Assembly (NCBI GenBank): GCA_019239875.1
Contig: JAFAZI010000197.1
Coordinates: 162 to 64,161 of the forward strand
Length of the DNA stretch: 64,000 nt
Direction of reading: 5' to 3'
Source of the DNA: Frankiaceae bacterium
Lineage (GTDB): Bacteria; Actinomycetota; Actinomycetes; JAFAQI01
Part shown: positions 62,069 through 64,000 of the stretch, piece after piece
Layout of the letters: each line of letters opens with the position of its first letter
Numbering within the stretch: the first letter of the stretch is position 1
Notes under the pieces: generated by a model
What the model was told of the DNA's origin: nothing
What the model saw: the letters and a program-made list of their open reading frames with translations, nothing else
Database searches by the model: none
Program-made: the position numbers and the translations under genes

Positions 62069-63487
62069 TCAGTCGATCGGACGATGGTGCTGCTTGGGCA
62101 TCGCAGTGATTCGTACGCGGGTGCTCTTCGGCGTCTGGTCGCCGGTGTTCAGCTGGAAGTAAAGCCGGCCATGGCGGTCTGGCGGGGTGACGTACGACTT
62201 GCTGCCGGCCGGCGCGATCGAATACATGGTGCCGCGTTTGAAGATCGGTGCCGAGCGGATGATCGCGACGCCGGTGCCCTTCACGCGGAAGCCGTGCCGG
62301 TTCGCGTGGTGGATTGAGCCCCACGCGATCGGTTCGCTTCGCTGCCACCGCACCTTCCAGCCGAAGCTCTTCCAATGCTTCTCCGTCGAGACGTAGTGCA
62401 CGCGTGTCGGCGGTGCGGGCGGGTTCGCGAACTGATGCATCAGCGGCTTGATGAAGTGCCTGAGGTCGCGCGCCCAGTACGGCCAGGCATGAGTGCCGCT
62501 GTTGTAGTCGTAGACCTGCACCGGCATGTGGAGATGACGCAGCCGTTGGACGAAGTCTTGGGTGGAGAAGTGCGTCAGCGACTCGATCCCGCCCTGGCTC
62601 GCTGTGCCGACCGGGTTGGTGACCGGGTCGTCGTACTTGCCAGGTGCGCCGTCCGCGGTGGCGAGCCAGAGCCCCATGCCGCGCAGGTTGCGGACGATGT
62701 ACGCCGGGTCGTGGCCCTTCCAGTTCATCTGGTCGGTGACGACGTTGCCGAACGGCGCGTCAGGCTGCACATGATTGAGCCCAACCATGGTCGCGCTGAT
62801 CACAGCATTCGCGCCGGCTCGGGCGGTGAGCGCCCGGTCGATCTCGGGCGCGCCGGAGAACGATGCCATCTCGACGAACTTGTCGGGATAACGAGCGGCG
62901 AGGATCGCTGCGCCGTACCCGCCTTGTGACAGCCCCGCCACTGCGCGCCCGGTGCGGTTGCGGATCGTTGCAAGGTTGGCATCGATCCACGGGATCAACT
63001 GGTGGGCGTTGTAGGTCTCGAACTGCGCCTTGCCCATCGCCGTCGAGCGATCGACCCAGTTGCTGAACCACGAGCCGCCGTTGCCGTCGAAGCCGATGTC
63101 CGAGGTCACCGTGATCAGGTCGTAGGGACGAGTCGTCGGGACCGCGCCGCCCGCCTTCACCCAGTCAGTGCTGTGGCCACTGGTGCCAGGAAACAGGTAC
63201 AGCGTCGGGTAGCGGCGGTCGGGGCGATAGTGCACCGGCAAGATGATGCGCACACCGAGCGGCCGCGCCAGAGCCTTCGGACGGATCGTGGCCTGAAGCT
63301 GTCGAGCGCCGACGCGCTTCACCTTGATGACCTTCACGTGATGCGCGTCGCGCAGGCTGACGGCGGCATTGGCCGCGCCTCGCTGCGGAGACGCGGGCGC
63401 CTCGCCGGCGGCGGTGACGAGGGTCGCCGCCGCCGCGCAGCAGCCGACCCCGAGGGCGACCAACCGATGCTGGGTCCTGCGTCTCAC
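62069..63487 (-). CDS. Secreted esterase, antigen 85/mycolyltransferase-like alpha/beta hydrolase
   Basis: Signal peptide, YPTLYL, AVAGLSQGGYGA, GTHAWPYW, plus an extra C-terminal domain. Confidence 0.8.
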   Translation of the reverse strand: MRRRTQHRLVALGVGCCAAAATLVTAAGEAPASPQRGAANAAVSLRDAHHVKVIKVKRVGARQLQATIRPKALARPLGVRIILPVHYRPDRRYPTLYLFPGTSGHSTDWVKAGGAVPTTRPYDLITVTSDIGFDGNGGSWFSNWVDRSTAMGKAQFETYNAHQLIPWIDANLATIRNRTGRAVAGLSQGGYGAAILAARYPDKFVEMASFSGAPEIDRALTARAGANAVISATMVGLNHVQPDAPFGNVVTDQMNWKGHDPAYIVRNLRGMGLWLATADGAPGKYDDPVTNPVGTASQGGIESLTHFSTQDFVQRLRHLHMPVQVYDYNSGTHAWPYWARDLRHFIKPLMHQFANPPAPPTRVHYVSTEKHWKSFGWKVRWQRSEPIAWGSIHHANRHGFRVKGTGVAIIRSAPIFKRGTMYSIAPAGSKSYVTPPDRHGRLYFQLNTGDQTPKSTRVRITAMPKQHHRPID

Positions 63488-63562
63488 CGCACTCCTCCCG
63501 AATGCGGAGAAACCTAGCCCAACTTGATCTTCCCCGGGGCCGATGCCTTGAATGTCAGCGGA

Positions 63563-64000
63563 TCAACGTTCGCTGTTCACGACGGTGCGACGGGTCGAGA
63601 CGGGCGCGGTGGCCGTCGTGGTCTCAGTCCGTCCGTCGTCTGTCAGGTCGATGGTCTCGCGGCGGGACTCCACGGCCTCGATGTCACGGATGCCCACGAC
63701 GCTCGCACGGCCGATACCGAGCGCCGCGAGGAAGACGATCACGGCGCCGAGCCCGTAGAACATGCCGAGCTGCTCCCACACGACACGGTCCGCCGAACCC
63801 ATGGGACTGCCGATGTCGCCCGGGCTCCACCACGGTGCGATCACCGTACCGACGACGAACCAGCCACCGGCGAGGGCGGCCATCCAGCCACCGATCATCG
63901 CGGTGAGCCGGTTGCCGGCCATGGTCAGCAGCAGGCCACCGACGAATGCCACGGCGCCGGGCAGGACTTCGAGCCAGCCGCGGGCCTGCGTCCAGTGCCA
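63563..64000 (-). CDS. Membrane protein (5' end outside the window)
   Basis: Hydrophobic helices GGWMAALAGGWFVVG and FYGLGAVIVFLAALGIGR. The frame stays open to the window edge. Confidence 0.65.
   Translation of the reverse strand, partial: WHWTQARGWLEVLPGAVAFVGGLLLTMAGNRLTAMIGGWMAALAGGWFVVGTVIAPWWSPGDIGSPMGSADRVVWEQLGMFYGLGAVIVFLAALGIGRASVVGIRDIEAVESRRETIDLTDDGRTETTTATAPVSTRRTVVNSER

Overview
A very GC-rich, gene-dense actinobacterial chromosome segment with about 55 CDS and two tRNAs (Ser-GCT, Arg-ACG). No integrase, transposase, phage gene or CRISPR array is recognisable. Most genes are lipid/redox catabolism, c-di-GMP and two-component signalling, or secreted cell-envelope enzymes. The most unusual locus is 5351-13586: a membrane-anchored Hsp70 ATPase domain, an acidic IniB-position protein and an IniA/IniC-like dynamin pair, converging on three very acidic proteins. 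Two of those have no Lys or Arg and end in the same DDIGDLF tail, and one is built from 11-residue amphipathic repeats. Also notable: an ethylene-receptor-like (Tyr...CxxxH) membrane sensor with a His-less kinase stub, a copper cluster with a cupredoxin-laccase fusion, a stand-alone HisKA mini-protein, and nine long intergenic palindromes in at least five sequence families, one present in four 66-bp copies. All calls come from motif recognition by eye; no database search was run. Many start codons were moved from the ORF track to the most plausible downstream start.
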